A stretch of DNA of 64,000 nt from Podarcis erhardii. Its lineage: Eukaryota. The stretch lies in the NCBI GenBank assembly GCA_964252035.1, contig OZ176209.1; one strand, written 5' to 3'. A program made the position numbers and the translations under genes. Below are positions 1 through 13,106 of this stretch, piece after piece (the stretch's first letter is position 1; each line of letters begins with the position of its first letter). The notes beneath the pieces are model-generated. The model was given only the letters and a program-made list of their open reading frames with translations. It was not told the DNA's origin and searched no databases.

Positions 1-698
1 AAAGCTGGAGTTGATAAGCTTGGCTTCCTATATAATCATTTCAGGTAAGCTGGTGACAGCTGAAATCAGATATCGGGAATGAGCAGCTGTGTCTTGTAGA
101 TGGTTGAGTTCCTCCTCCTTTTTCTGTACAATTACAGGTAAAAAATAATATCCATTTTTTTAAAAAAAAATATGAAGTAATTTTCAGATTCAATTAAGTT
201 CTGCTCTTGAACATTATTTACACCCAACGATTCCTTTTTTCATCTTTGCTAATATGACTAGAGTGACTAAGCGTATTCAGCTAAGAAGGCAATTTGCTGT
301 GCCCAGAAACTATTAAAGAAGGACAGATCCCCTTCTCACCAGATTCTGAAATGCAGTCCCTGTTCTGCTTTTTACTAACAAATATGTTTATTCTTCATGC
401 TGCTTCTGAATTGGAAGTAATGCGAGTAGGTCACGGAGTTGTGAGTTAGCTGGAGGACAGAATGGTCCTTATCACTGGGGAGGGGAGGGGAGAGACCTGC
501 CATGATTTGTATGTTTTTCCATAGCCAAGAGAGGATGGAAACTGGGCATAGAACTAAGATTGTGCACTTATGTGCTTATGAATCGCCATTCATTTTAGGA
601 ATGTGCAGATGTGACACATATGAAGAAGCCTTATGTGAGTAAACTGTCTTGAAGATTGTGAAGTAAGATTTAAAATAAAAATAGAGGGATATTGGGTG

Positions 699-1107
699 TA
701 AGGATCGGGAGAAAGTTGATTCAGTTTGCATTTAAAGATGAACCTATCTAATTTGCACATTCCAAAGCAATGCACAAACTAAAGCACAGGCATCCTTCAA
801 AATTCACATGTCTCTGAATTTTACAGTGCGGTTCTCTAGCCAAGTAATATGTACAAGTGGGCATATACTAAAGTGTGCATAACACCAAAAATGCATTATA
901 TTATGGAAATTTGTGTTGCAAAAATGAGTATATTAGGCAAAACTGCATACAAAAATCTGTCTGCTAGGAGAAATTCACACTAAAATGCTGGTGGATTTTC
1001 ATGAGGACATTAAAAAAATATCAGCTGATGTGGAAATTTAGAGAACTGAACAATCGTGGAAAAATGAAAAATGGAAAGAATGAAATTGACAAACTTGCCC
1101 ATCCCTG
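699..1107 (+). mobile_element. Old non-autonomous DNA transposon with tagggatggg-like TIRs (hAT-like)
   Basis: Ends taaggatcggg / cccatccctg, with partial homologues at 25210-25440 (minus) and 50960-51170 (plus). Confidence 0.55.
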
Positions 1108-2102
1108 CTTCTTGTAGCTGTATATGCAGTGCAGAGAAAGAACGTGTCCCTGTTACAGAACAGATTTCATAGATGGGACTGAAGAAAGGATTGACTGGTG
1201 GGACAAAGTGCTGGAAGCCAGTGTAGTCTAGTGTAGTGGGCAGTGCCAGGCATACAGTCAGCAGACCTAGATATATACCTCAGTCTAACAACAAGGAATA
1301 ATATGCTTTCAGTTTTTCAGTGAAAATGTCTCTGCAGCTGCTTCTCTGGCTGCTAAGTGGGGCCAGGCTGGTTTTCCATCTTTCCTGGAGATGCAACGGA
1401 TACAACTTCCAGGGGCCCTTGGACCCCTGGACAATAGCAGAGGCCAGAAGATGCTTCCCTCTTGCTCCTCAGTCCAGGCTCTGAACAGATTGCAAGAATA
1501 CGAAGTGAAACAAACAAAACAACCAAGCATCCCTTTGAGGTATGATGGATGGAGGCATGCAGCTCCCTTCTGCAATCCCAGGGGAACCAGCAGCTGGAAC
1601 CAAATGGTCTATCTGACAGGGAGAGGGGCAAAGAAAGTTACCTGCAGATGCTCCTCCAATGACTGGGACCAGGAGGTGTTCCCCTGATTCTGATGTTTTT
1701 TCCTGGGAAGCCGGGTGTTCAGCCTTCAAGTAGCCCTTAGCCCCCCAGTCAATGGATGGGGCTTCCCACTAAAGTTACAATGAACAGCATTGTAACAGCA
1801 CTTTTAGTATGAACAGCACTTTTGTAAACTTGCAGTGCTATATAAGCCACAGGAACGGAAGAAGTGTTAACATAGAATTGGGAAATGGCAGAAACCCCAT
1901 TCAGGCACCATACTTACATGTAACACCAACACATGAGCAAGGAGTGGGGTTGTGCTGACCTGGCATATAGTGTGAACATTTACAGGGAAGGATAGACCAA
2001 ATTTTGCAGGTCCAGCAATATAACAAGAAGTCTTCAGTGCAACATGGGTTGCTGGCTATGTGAAAACCTTTGTGTTTATAACTGTACAGACAAAAGTCCA
2101 TA

Positions 2103-2300
2103 CCTTCAAGATGTAGGAAGCTGCCTTATAGCAAAGTTGGACCACTGGTCCATTAGCTTGGTTCTGTCTGCACTGATTGACAGTGGCTCTCAAAAGTTAA
2201 GTCAGGGGGATGTTTTCCCACCTAGAGCTGATGATGATTGAACCAGCCCCCTTCTGCATGCAAAGCAGGTGCTCTACCATTGAGCTAGCTACAGCGCTTC
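2103..2300 (-). mobile_element. Same SINE family as 31995-32180
   Basis: taggaagctgccttata..ggaccactggtccattagc..ttctgcatgcaaagcaggtgctctacca. Confidence 0.65.
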
Positions 2301-3538
2301 CCTGTATGCACGGATGCTGTTGGGGAGACATACTCATTAAGTGCAACACCAGGAATCGGACTACTCATGTGTTGGTTCTATAGACAGGTATAATACCTGA
2401 ATAGGGCTGGAGCCCAGCACAAAACCTTCATGCTTAGACTGTAATGTGAATAAACAAGAGCCCTGAGCAGGTTTTCTTCAGGAACTAGACCAGGATGTGG
2501 AAGTGTTCTACACATTTGTCTTCACTGCTGTCACAACCACTGAGAGCTGGTAATATATGCCTACAGGCAAGCACTCTGGCCACTTGCTAACCATGCACAG
2601 CCATGTGGAGAAATGTAGTGTGATCCAGCAACACACTGATAAGTTGGCAGCAACCCCTGTCCTTCTGGCAGGATTTTTTCCTCTGTCTCCTTATTTGCTC
2701 CGTGTTAGCATGTATGTATGTGTAAAGTCAATAACATTTGAATATTTATATTAAGTTTAAAAATTAATAATATCAATGGCAATCTACCACTTGAATTAGA
2801 AGTTACACTTTCCCCCCATCTCATTTAATGCAAAGTTGGGGCATTTGCATTGGATTATTTTATAGTTTGGTGACACAGGGAGGGCTTGATTCCTACTGTT
2901 CAGACAGCAGTTTCCTTTGAGGGTGTTGAGCTCTGCTGTCTGCCTGAGCCTATAGATATTTTTTAGTTAATTGAGATCACTGAAGATTAGGGATACTGTG
3001 AATATCCTTCCAACACAGAGCAGTCTCCAGTGCACATCACTGTCCATTGCAGGCATCCTGTATCTGGCACACTAACAGCAGTAGCTAAAGGCTTGTTAAC
3101 AGAGTGTGAGACATCTCATTGTCTTTGTTCTTCAGACTAGGAGTGAGATGGGAGCGAGGAGGAGAGGAAGATAATTTGGCTTCTTTCAGATGAGGAATGT
3201 AGTGCTTGTAAGCCAAATAAAACTTTGCAAATAAAAAGAATAATCCTAGCATCTGACCCATTTATTATTGATAGATGTGATCTTGCAGACACCCACAAAG
3301 GGAGATAACTGCTGTGTTAGCCTTGGAATGAGCTCCTTGTTCGTGATTACACAAGTCTTGTTACATGCGGATTGTACCATATTTCCTCTGAAACGAAGAA
3401 ACATGGCCTGTAAGTCTGCCAGACGCTAGCAGCCTTCCTCTCTGAGAGCCACTGAGAATTGTCATCTTGGAATGCAGCACTGCCATCTGGGGGATGAAAA
3501 GCCAACAGCTAAGCTGCAGGCTTGGAAGCCAACATTCA

Positions 3539-3539
3539 C

Positions 3540-3573
<34 letters not shown>
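3539..3573. repeat. (CA)n microsatellite
   Basis: Direct. Confidence 0.95.
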
Positions 3574-3577
<4 letters not shown>

Positions 3578-4316
3578 CTGGATCATATGCTCCTCCTAAT
3601 CTGTGCATGAATCAACAATATCCCCCCCTCCCCCGAGTATTGCATCTTCAAAGGGATAACATTATATTCCACTTAGATAGAGGATTCCCTCCATCCTACC
3701 CCCTGCTTCCAAAAGCATAAGTGAAGTCTTGCCTTTTTCATGTTTCTGGCATTTAGTGGCAAGCTAAGCCCCCTGTAATGAATTCCATCTCACTCCTTGA
3801 AAATACTATATTATTCCCTCTTTGTGCAATTATATCAGTAAACAAGGGCAGAGGTGATTTGCTGAACCCAGCTAAAAATGGCTCTGACACCTCCAGCCCT
3901 GCGGTCTTTTGAAACTCATAACAAATAATAATGCAGAAATTACCATACCCTTATCTCTTGACATCCAACTGAGCTCATTGTCGCATCCTTTACTGATTGC
4001 ATTTATTTTGCAGGAAATAAAAGCCCTGTAAACAAGAGCTCTCTCTTCCCCACCCCACAGCAGAGGGCTGACAGTCCCATTTTGCTCACTGATCAAGAAG
4101 TCAGGAGCTCTCTCTTCCAAAGCAACGCTTTACCCCCTCATTTCGCCTGTACTAGTTGCAGGTTGAGTGTTCCGGGGACCTTTTGAAAACTGGGTTGTAG
4201 TACCTAGCTAAGCTTTTATATATTGAAAGAAACTTCTCCATGTTTGCCGTAGCTGTCAAAAATACACATATACTGATGTGTTTATTTTCAGCACTTCAGA
4301 ATTACAGGATCCATGT

Positions 4317-4500
4317 CATAGAATCACTGAATTTTGATCATGGAAGGGACTCTGAGGATCATCTAGTCCAACCCCCTGCAATGCAGGAATCTCAACTAAA
4401 GCATCCATGACAGATGGCCATCCAATATCTGCTTAAAAACCTCCCATGAAGGAGACTCCACAACCTCCTGAAGGGAACATTGTGTTGGTTGATCCAACTT
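4317..4500 (-). mobile_element. CR1 LINE 3' end
   Basis: catagaatc..ggaaggga..tcatctagtccaaccccctgcaatgcagg..gatggccatcca..ctgcttaaaaacctcc..gaaggagactccac. Confidence 0.85.
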
Positions 4501-4618
4501 ACTTGACAAAGGGTTTTGATAAAGAGCAAAGAATTCTGCATCTGTGCAGTGCCCTGCTATAAGGAATCCTAAGCTGCCCAAACTCTGCTAAAAAGTTTTA
4601 TGAACATGGGGCAAATGC

Positions 4619-4656
<38 letters not shown>
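4619..4656. repeat. (GAT)n microsatellite
   Basis: Direct. Confidence 0.95.
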
Positions 4657-7600
4657 ATGGTGCCATCAATATGTCTGGTGCCCTACAGAATTACATAGGC
4701 ACTACTAGTGCTAGTGGGAAGCCCTGATGACCTAATGAGAAACCCTGTGCTGGCTTCTGCTATCATACTGGGTTGGCTGAATCTGGCACCAGAGGGTGAT
4801 CTTCTGAAGCAGGAAGACTCCTGTACTTGTGGGAGACTCCCTGCATGTTTTAGAAATGTGGAAAATACCAAATACAGAAGGCTCTCTTTGTCTTCCGTGA
4901 GTTGGAAGGAGACAGGAATAGCAACTGGGGGCGGGAACGGTGATGATAGAACTAGTGTATTTGTCTGTATACATAATGAATACAGTATACAAAATGTGCC
5001 TTAAGAGAGCTATAGATATGGCTCTAATCCCACCAAAGAAGCTTATAATGTAAAATAAACAGCAGGGAAGTGTGTGTTCCATGTTAGAGTCAGAAGGATG
5101 GATGTGTAACTTAAGTGTGTGTATGTAAATTAGCTGAGGGGTATGTTGAGCTGGAGAAGTGGAAGTAACAGGCATGGATATACTGAGGAATAGGATGAAA
5201 AACAGGGTGGGGGCAAGGCCCATATTGGAAAGGGGGTTAATTAGTTGCAGTACCTATTCTTGCCTGGTTTACCTACTTCTGTGAAGCCTTTCAGTGCCAC
5301 TAAAGGGTTAATAGTCCTGTAAAGGTGGTTTGGAGAGGCTTATGGCTTCTTGAAATGAGCCACACCTGGACTTCCTCCTGGAGCTTTCCCCCTCAGTGAT
5401 AGCATAGATTACAGCATATTTTGTGCCTGGGCTCACCTGGGCAGGGTGATCACCCTGGTGGTGTCTTTCAGAATGCTTTTGCAGCAGAGCTGGAAACCCA
5501 AACCTCAAGTGAATTATGCCTAAGAGAGGTCAGTTTATTTTATTCTTTCCAGTTAAGGGGTAGGGGAGAGCTGTTGAATTGTGTAATATAATTACAAGGT
5601 GTGCTATAGTCTGCCCACCTCTTTTTGTAGGTTCTCTCTGTTTCTTATCATTAAGTTTGAATGTTCGTTGGTGGTTTCTTTATCTGTTTATACTGATGCC
5701 ATTTATATCAATTATCTAGCTTATTTTGAGTTTTTAGCTCATTGTAATGCTTTGTAACTTGTCATATGAAAAATGCAAAGTGTAACTTGGTTGTCCCTTA
5801 TTATTTTTATTGTCTTTCTAGGGCATTTTTTAGTTTCATTGGTATATTTCATAGAAACAGTTTGTAATAGAGCTTTCTATGTTTTACATTGTATGGATCT
5901 ATATCTAAAGGGGTTGGGCTCCACAAGCATATTTCTGGGTACTTGAAGGCTTCTTGCACTGATTCCTCCCTGTTCTTCCTTTCCAGTAGTCCCTCATGAG
6001 TCATGAACTATGGAGTCAGTCGGTAACTTTGCTCCATTTGCATTCCTCCAACCCTTAGTTTTCCCTCTGCAGTATAAGCTTACTACCATTTGAATTTTCC
6101 CCATTAGCTCCTTAGATGTATTCAGATTGTTATTTTTCTCTCTCCTGCTGAACATTGTAAAGCAAGCGAAAATAGACCAACATAATTATGTTTTTCAAAT
6201 CTTAAAACGTTGAGCAACACTTTGGTACTTTATCATATTTGAGAGAGAGACAAAGCCTGCGTGCAAATCTTGTGGGGGAAAAGTACAGCATTAAATTTTC
6301 AAAGCAGGTGTGACTCAGATTAGCATTTTGATAAAATGATGCAGATAGCATTAGTACAAAAATAATAGATACAATATGGCACTGCAGTTTGTTGTTTCTG
6401 AGTACATACTGGCTTTCAAGAAGGAGTGTTTTCTTGTTCCTAGCTGCAGCTATGATTCTGCTTCATGGTTGCTTGAAACACCTGGAAAGTTGAGGGTAAT
6501 AAGCTCAAAAGCAAGGAGGGTCAGAGCTGAGTTTACATAGTTAGGCTGCAGAGATTCCTGAGGTTGCTGCTTATTGTTCTGGTTAACAAGCAAATATTCA
6601 ATAGTGGTGTTTTCTTCATTTGATGGTAGTGAATATTGTCTGTAAACATAAGCCTTACCTTGCTGGATCAGACTAAAGTGCAGTCTAGGCTTGCTTTCAG
6701 GTGACCAGTTTGAGCATTCAGACTGATTTATTGCCAAAAGTTCGCAGAGAAGTTATACAATAGCTACTGTTAATTGAGCAGTCAGTCAGACCTGTTTGAG
6801 GGGAGATTTTATGTTGTCACATCAAACAATTGTTATTCCAAACTTTCCAGTGCATTTTCCTTGCTGGAAAAAGTCTGCTGGTATGCGACTCAATCCTGCA
6901 CAGAAATTAGCGACAGCCTGGAAGTGGCCTAGGTCTAATCTCTTGTTTTCAGCTGTGGGCAGCCAAGATGATCATGATAAATGCCTAAAACTGCAAGTCT
7001 AGGAAACAGCTCCTAGGAAAGTTTATCTCTCTAGCATGTTTGTCTTTGTGCTTGGAGCTAACTCCAATAGGCAGACAAGGCAATTGCCTAGTGCAGCAAT
7101 GTCCAATGAGGTATCTCCAGACTGGCAAATGCATCCAGTTGCCGTGTTGCCTCAAGCATAACAGGTCTCCTGGCAACAATGCATTCATTCTTACAAGAAA
7201 GCTAAGGTTTGCGATATACAAAAGGTTAGGAGACCTTCAGACTATATCTTAAAGAAACACCATAGGTGATCATAACACACTGGGGAAAGCTTCTTTTCTG
7301 GAGCTGCTTCTTGTTGCATACTGCTGTTGAAGGCTCAGGTAGCCATAGATGCTATGACTGATTCTGGAGAACGAAGTCCAGATAACATTTTGGAAGCCAC
7401 CATGATTTCAGGTGCAGTCCATCCTCTTTCCCAGAGGAAAACCAAGTGTCAGTAAGGAAACGGTCTTGGTAAAGTTTCAAAGGCTGCGTTCTAGATATAT
7501 TAAAGACTAAGAGTCAACTCACTGGTCCTGCTAGCAGAAGTCTATGCATGCAAGGACTTCTACTAGTGCAGTGGGGCTCTCTTCGCACACCCTCCCAAAT

Positions 7601-8124
7601 TGGTTTGGTGGGGTGTTAAGAGAACACACCCACACCCATACTGAACAGAGTGTGAGGGAGGAGAGGGGAGAAATGCAGCGCTGAAATGTGCGCTGATGGA
7701 ACCCACATGTAACAGTTGAGTTCAAGTGTCCTTTTGGGGACCTGACCTAAGGACATTTGAGAATTCCAGCAAAAATGGCATTGGAAATTGTGTGTGTTTG
7801 GAATGGAAATCAAACTGCTTTCAGTCCACAAATGATAATGCAGTTTATTACATTTCCCCGTATTTGTGTTGTGTTTCCTTTGGGTTGAAATGAATGAGTT
7901 GGAATAACATATGGCAATGTAACTTATGGAATAAATTAGAACAAATGTGACAAGTCAGAAACTTAACAATCATAGCAGGTCTAAGAGGTATTAAAATGTT
8001 CAGATTGTTTAATAATGGATTTATTAGACCTTTATTTGAGGAAACTAAAGTATCTCTAAGGGTCAGTTAGGAAACCACCTCATAAGGGGATAAAGTATGT
8101 GTTCTCTAACCCCTTGAGAAAATT

Positions 8125-8188
8125 GACTGTCGGGGGGGGGGGGAAAGGCATTAGAGACTGTCGGGGGGGAAAAGGCATTAGAGACTGT
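8125..8188. repeat. Short tandem duplication (gactgtcg(n)aaggcattaga)x2
   Basis: Direct. Confidence 0.8.
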
Positions 8189-10070
8189 TTCAAGCTCTAA
8201 GTGGTTGCAAGGGGCAGCACCTATCCTTGAAGAGAACTTTAGCAAATCTCTCAGTTAGGATCTTGGGAGGGCACAACGTTAAATGTGCCAGCAAAACTGC
8301 TCTTCTGCATCGTTAGAAAATATTGATTCGGCATGCATTTATTAAAGGCAGTGGCTGTGTTGTATGATCCCTGCTAGCTGACACATGTAACTCTTGTGCA
8401 TCCATATGTTTATTGCCTGTTTAATAATAGATTTTGAAGTGGTCACATGTCAGAAGGTGCCCTTTTCGAAAGCATATAGTTTTTATGGGGTTGTAAAAGG
8501 AAGTGCTTTAATTGAGGGGGAAATGACGTTTGGCTGACAAAGAGCAAGGGTTGTGAATTGCTGCCTTTGTGTTTGTCTGCAGCCAGGGATAAGTCCAGCT
8601 TTAAGGTGGCATTTCCTAGGAGCTGCAGGTATTTTCTCTGCAGTATAACATTTTGCTCTTTCTCCTTCCCTTCTCTCTTTCAGTGAACCAGTTCTAATAT
8701 GAGTCTGATCCATCAGAAATAAACCCCCAAAGCAGGAAGCTTTCTTGCTTTCTTCCTTCACTGCAGGGCAAGGTGAAAGGCAGGGCACAAGCACTCTGAA
8801 TGGAGGAACAACCCTCCCATAGGTCTATGTGATCAGGTCAGTTCCCATCATATACTCTGAACAAAAAAGAGGCTAAAGATCCCCTAAGCTCCCCTTATAG
8901 TGTGTGAAGCCATCCTAGCTTATGGCGTCCTAGATATTTATAGGCATGGCATGGCATGGCATTTTCCCAAGGACATAAAGCAATAAAATGGAATCCAAAC
9001 TGTAGAAGAAACTGAAAAATCATTGGCTGCAGTTTAAGCCTCAGCATGTGAAATTTCTAAGGGTGATGGGGGATGTAAATGTGGTATCAGCATTTGTGTG
9101 GGTGGTATGGTTTAATTTTTGTTTTAAAAACAACACTAGGTCATTTTCACATTCCCAGGTGAGATATCCAGTTTTCCTGATTGCATCTTATGCTGTTCTA
9201 GTTTGTTCCTGCTTTTCTGCTGACCCAATAAGCCTTTTTGTAACACAGCCATAAAAAACAACTTTATCCCCAACACAAGAGAACATTTCTCTCCTATTTC
9301 CCAGTTCAGCTTAGTTCTCTCCCCCGCCCCACACACATAAAAAGAAAAAAATGGGTAGCTGGATTTCTGTTTACCTGTCACACAATAATTAGATTTAAGG
9401 GTGTTGGGGGCAGGGAAGGGGGAGCTGCAAACTGCCCTGTCTTAAAAGCCTTTTAAAAAAACACCATTGACTGTCCATTGAAAGTAGCAAAAGGATTAGT
9501 GACACTTCATTTCGCCTGTCCACTACAATCAGGTAAGGGCTTGGCGGGACAGTATAATAGCCCTGCAGTGTAAGTTGGTGTGGGGTAAATTGATTCTTTT
9601 ACCCTAAACCTCTTGCCAGCAGTGGAAGCTGAACAGATTTCCTCCAGTTCCCTTGGAGTTTCATAACATGTTGTTCATTGTTCCAGTATGCTGCTCCTGT
9701 CACCTCACACTGACTGGAGACAGCCCCATTTACCTTTTCTCTGACAGAAAATCCACAATGAACGTGAGAGAAGCAGGTCAGTCAGTCTCTCTTTAGAAGT
9801 CAGGAGAAGAGGGTGGAAAGCAGGAGGAATAAAAATAGGCATCCTAAAGGAATTCATTGTTTTTCTGGAACAGAAATAACGTGGGACTCGTCTTCAGTAA
9901 ATTTGCCTTCCTGAAAGCAATATGGGGGATGTCCAAGATTGACCATACTCCTTCAGATGTGGTTGGTCTCACTCAAAGTAGATCAACTAAAATCCACAGA
10001 CTTGAGTTACCTTAAGCCAATTGATTCCAATGGACTTACATGTGATTTTATTCATTTTCTGCATCTTTAA

Positions 10071-10305
10071 CCACAGCCTCATGCTCGGTCGTGCTGTGCT
10101 ATCAACCACATGTCAGCTTCTGCAATACGGCAACTCATGACAGCATTGGGTAGAAAAGCTTCATTCATAAAGCTTGGATAAAAATTGGATAGGAATCATT
10201 CAAACTTCTCTGTCTTAGAGAAGGAGCCAATGCTGTCATGAGTTGCCACTTTGCAGAAGCTGACATGCGGCTGATAGCACAACACGACATAGCATGAGGC
10301 TGCGG
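10071..10305. mobile_element. Long inverted repeat (about 79-bp arms, about 77-bp spacer), probable MITE
   Basis: 10071-10149 is the near-perfect reverse complement of 10227-10305. The left flank is TTAA and the ends are CC..GG. Confidence 0.7.
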
Positions 10306-10734
10306 TTTTCCACCCTACTGGTTTAGAATTGCAGGTGTGCAGGAAGCTAGTGGCTTTTGTCAGTATGAGCAGACTGTTTACGCAGTCAAAGTGTGTTCTC
10401 CCTCATGGAGAGCACAGGTTGCGGGTGGGGCTGACAAGACACCTCACTGTTACTAGGCAAATGGTTTGGCCATCCTGTAAGCAGGGGCGGGCTGTTACTG
10501 GGGAAATTTAGATGTTGCCAATTAGTGATTGACAGCCCTATTTGTTAAATACAAGGCATGCAGCAACGGACGTCCTCTTTCGCTGCATACTTCGGATCAC
10601 CAGGAGCACTTGGACCGTGGAGTTATCGTCTCATTATCTGGTTACATTTCTTTATTTCCCCCTTCTCTTTAATCCTCTCTAGTCCCTTAATTAATTTAAT
10701 TCCACCCCTTTTCTTTTCCTCTTTGATTTCCTTT

Positions 10735-13106
10735 TTTTAAAAAATAATATTTATTACTTTTAAAGCTTACAAAGAAGAATAGGAAGAAAAAAGACAAAAG
10801 AAAAAAAAACAAAAAAGAGAAAAAACAATACAATACATAAACAATACAAAACACAACCTTAACAAATTAAACTAACACAATAAACTAAACCAAACCAAAC
10901 AAAAACAATTTAAAAACATACATCATACCTTTTCCATATTCTATCTTTCATTCCCTTGTATCATTGACCTCCTCTCACCTCCCTCTTTGTATTCCACTTC
11001 CATTAATTGTTTCAGCAATTCCTTTCCAACTTTCTCTATTTCCATTAAAATTAGTATACTTATTTAAGCTTAACTCCTTATAGCATTTCAGCTAAAGCCA
11101 TAAAATTTCCTTCCAACATTTTTCTATCACTCATTAATTTTACAATATTTCTATATATAGACTTTAAATTTCCAATCTTCTTCCACCATCTCCTCTCCCC
11201 AGTCTCGGACTCTACCAGCCACTTCCGTCAACTCCATACAGTCCATCAACCTGGAGATCTTATGTCCGAGGCTCTTAACTCTTTTCCACGTCCCTTCTGC
11301 CAGTCTTCTTCATATTCTTTGATGCTAAAGAGCAGACCTCGGGGAAACTCCAATCCAACGATACTTTTATTCCTTCTTGACAGGTCAGCCAGATTTCCAT
11401 AATTAAAACTAGGATCCATAAAGTATTTCCGGGCATGTTTCAAAATTCCTCCAAATCCAAAGGCCCCCAGAACTCCAATCTCCTCCTGACCCAAGTCCAT
11501 ATTCCAAAAGTCAATTAATCCCTGCATAGAGGGATCTTTCCAACTTTCCTTTTCTAGTCCAGGCCAGGCTCCGATCTTCAAAATCTGACTTTTTCTAGTC
11601 TCAATCATAAAGGGCCTCAACTTGTAGTCCTAAGTTTGCCTCTGTAAGGCTAAGGCTCCCCCTTGTATTACTTTAGGTTTGACAACAGCAACTTTCTCCT
11701 CCTCCTTTTCAGCAATTTGTCCTGCTGAAATAGATTCCTGTGCCAAATCCTGAATAATTTCTGTATTGGTGCTCACTTTTAGTTCCAAAATGTCAATTTT
11801 AGTAGTCATAGCATCCATCTTTTTATGAAGCTGTTCCAACAAGTGGCTTATCTTAGAAAATACAGTCCATAAGGCTTCTCCTGTCGACATTCTTGAATAT
11901 CCAAGGTCAATCTCTAGTTCTCACAGTTCTTATCAAGCAGCTGGAGATTTCCCAGCTCCACTCTTGTAACAGTTTCAAAAGCTCCCTCTAGAGGGGAACA
12001 GTCTCCACTTGTATCAGTCTTTTCCAACACAGATCAAAAAGTAAACATAGTTTCAATTTTCATATACTTTCCCTCCCTTTTAAACGCAGAAGCGGACAAT
12101 GGAAACAATATATTTCTCTTATTTAACTGACTGTCAACATCCGTTCTCTTCGCTGTCAATGAACTCTCCCAAAACGTCAATCACTGGGAGCCCGTTCCCA
12201 GGTTCAGAGCAGTGGTAATTTAATTTTAATCACTCTCTCCTGCAGGATACACAGTCCAAAATTTCCCCCCCTTCTCCTGCTTCCAAGGGGGGTCTAATAA
12301 TTTCAATCGATGGAAGTTTAATCCTTTACATAAGGCTTTCCGAGACCTTAACTTGTAAGCTCTTTGCTTCAGTCTATTTACAAAAGGGGAAGGCGGACTT
12401 CCTGTTTTGAACCTTCCCCGTTCGATGCCAAATTAAGATATTTAAAGATCCAATTTTCCATTTTACTCATGGGTTGTTGTTTAAAATCCAATTGTCCACA
12501 AGAAAAAGTCAGCGCTCTCCGGCAACAGCAATGCGGCTTCACTCCGTGAAAGAAGCGGTCGATTCAAAGCACCGCGCCGCTCACCCCACGTCGCTCCGGA
12601 TCCCCAAAACAGGGTTTCCCCGCGAGTAGGGGAGGCGCAAAAGGTGCCAGCCGAATCCCAGGTTCACAAGCTTCTTCCGCCTGTGATTTCAATGGGTCTC
12701 CGCCTTCGCTGTGGCGGTACAGACCCAACTTTCCACAGAGCAAGTTCCTCCCAATCGGAGGAGCTCCGCCATTGCCGGGGGCGCCAACCTGGAAGTTCCT
12801 CTTTGATTTCCCACCCCACCCCTTACCCTGCCCTTTGAGAAGATCCTCCCTGTACCTGTGAGCGCTGCCTGTGCATAATCCTCCTTGGCTTGGCTTTCCC
12901 AATAGGGAGAGAGCCCCCATTTAGGGGCTTTCTTTTGCAGAAAGGTTTCCCTCATTTTAACTGTTTGTTAATTGTGGGGCTAGTCAGGACTGTTCCCAGC
13001 CTAGCTGGAATCACTTTCGTTTTTAGTATCCCCAAAGGTGGCTTTATTTTGGGTGTGTGCAGCGCTGTTGGCCGAATTTTAATCTAGCCTTGGGCAGGAG
13101 CATCAT
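10735..13106 (-). mobile_element. Non-autonomous L1 derivative (HAL1-like): 5'UTR, ORF1 remnant, last ~40 codons of ORF2, 3'UTR and A-tail
   Basis: TSD-like tttgatttccttt (10722-10734) / tttgagtttccttt (13107-13120) with a TTT|AA nick site. CpG-rich 5' part, coiled-coil ORF1-like frames 11630-11890 and 11246-11620, and ORF2 tail MELTEVAGRVRDWGEEMVEEDWKFKVY similar to 55828-55960. AATAAA and A-tail at the 3' end. No EN or RT. Confidence 0.7.

Noticed and set aside
100-140. Possible micro-exon after the donor at 45
   Set aside because: It would require a 55-nt intron, which is below the usual vertebrate minimum.
4732-5223. 163-aa minus-strand ORF with hydrophobic start
   Set aside because: GTG start, no domain and no flanking splice or exon context.
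10071-10305. pre-miRNA
   Set aside because: The arms and 77-nt loop are too long for a typical pre-miRNA; a MITE is more parsimonious.
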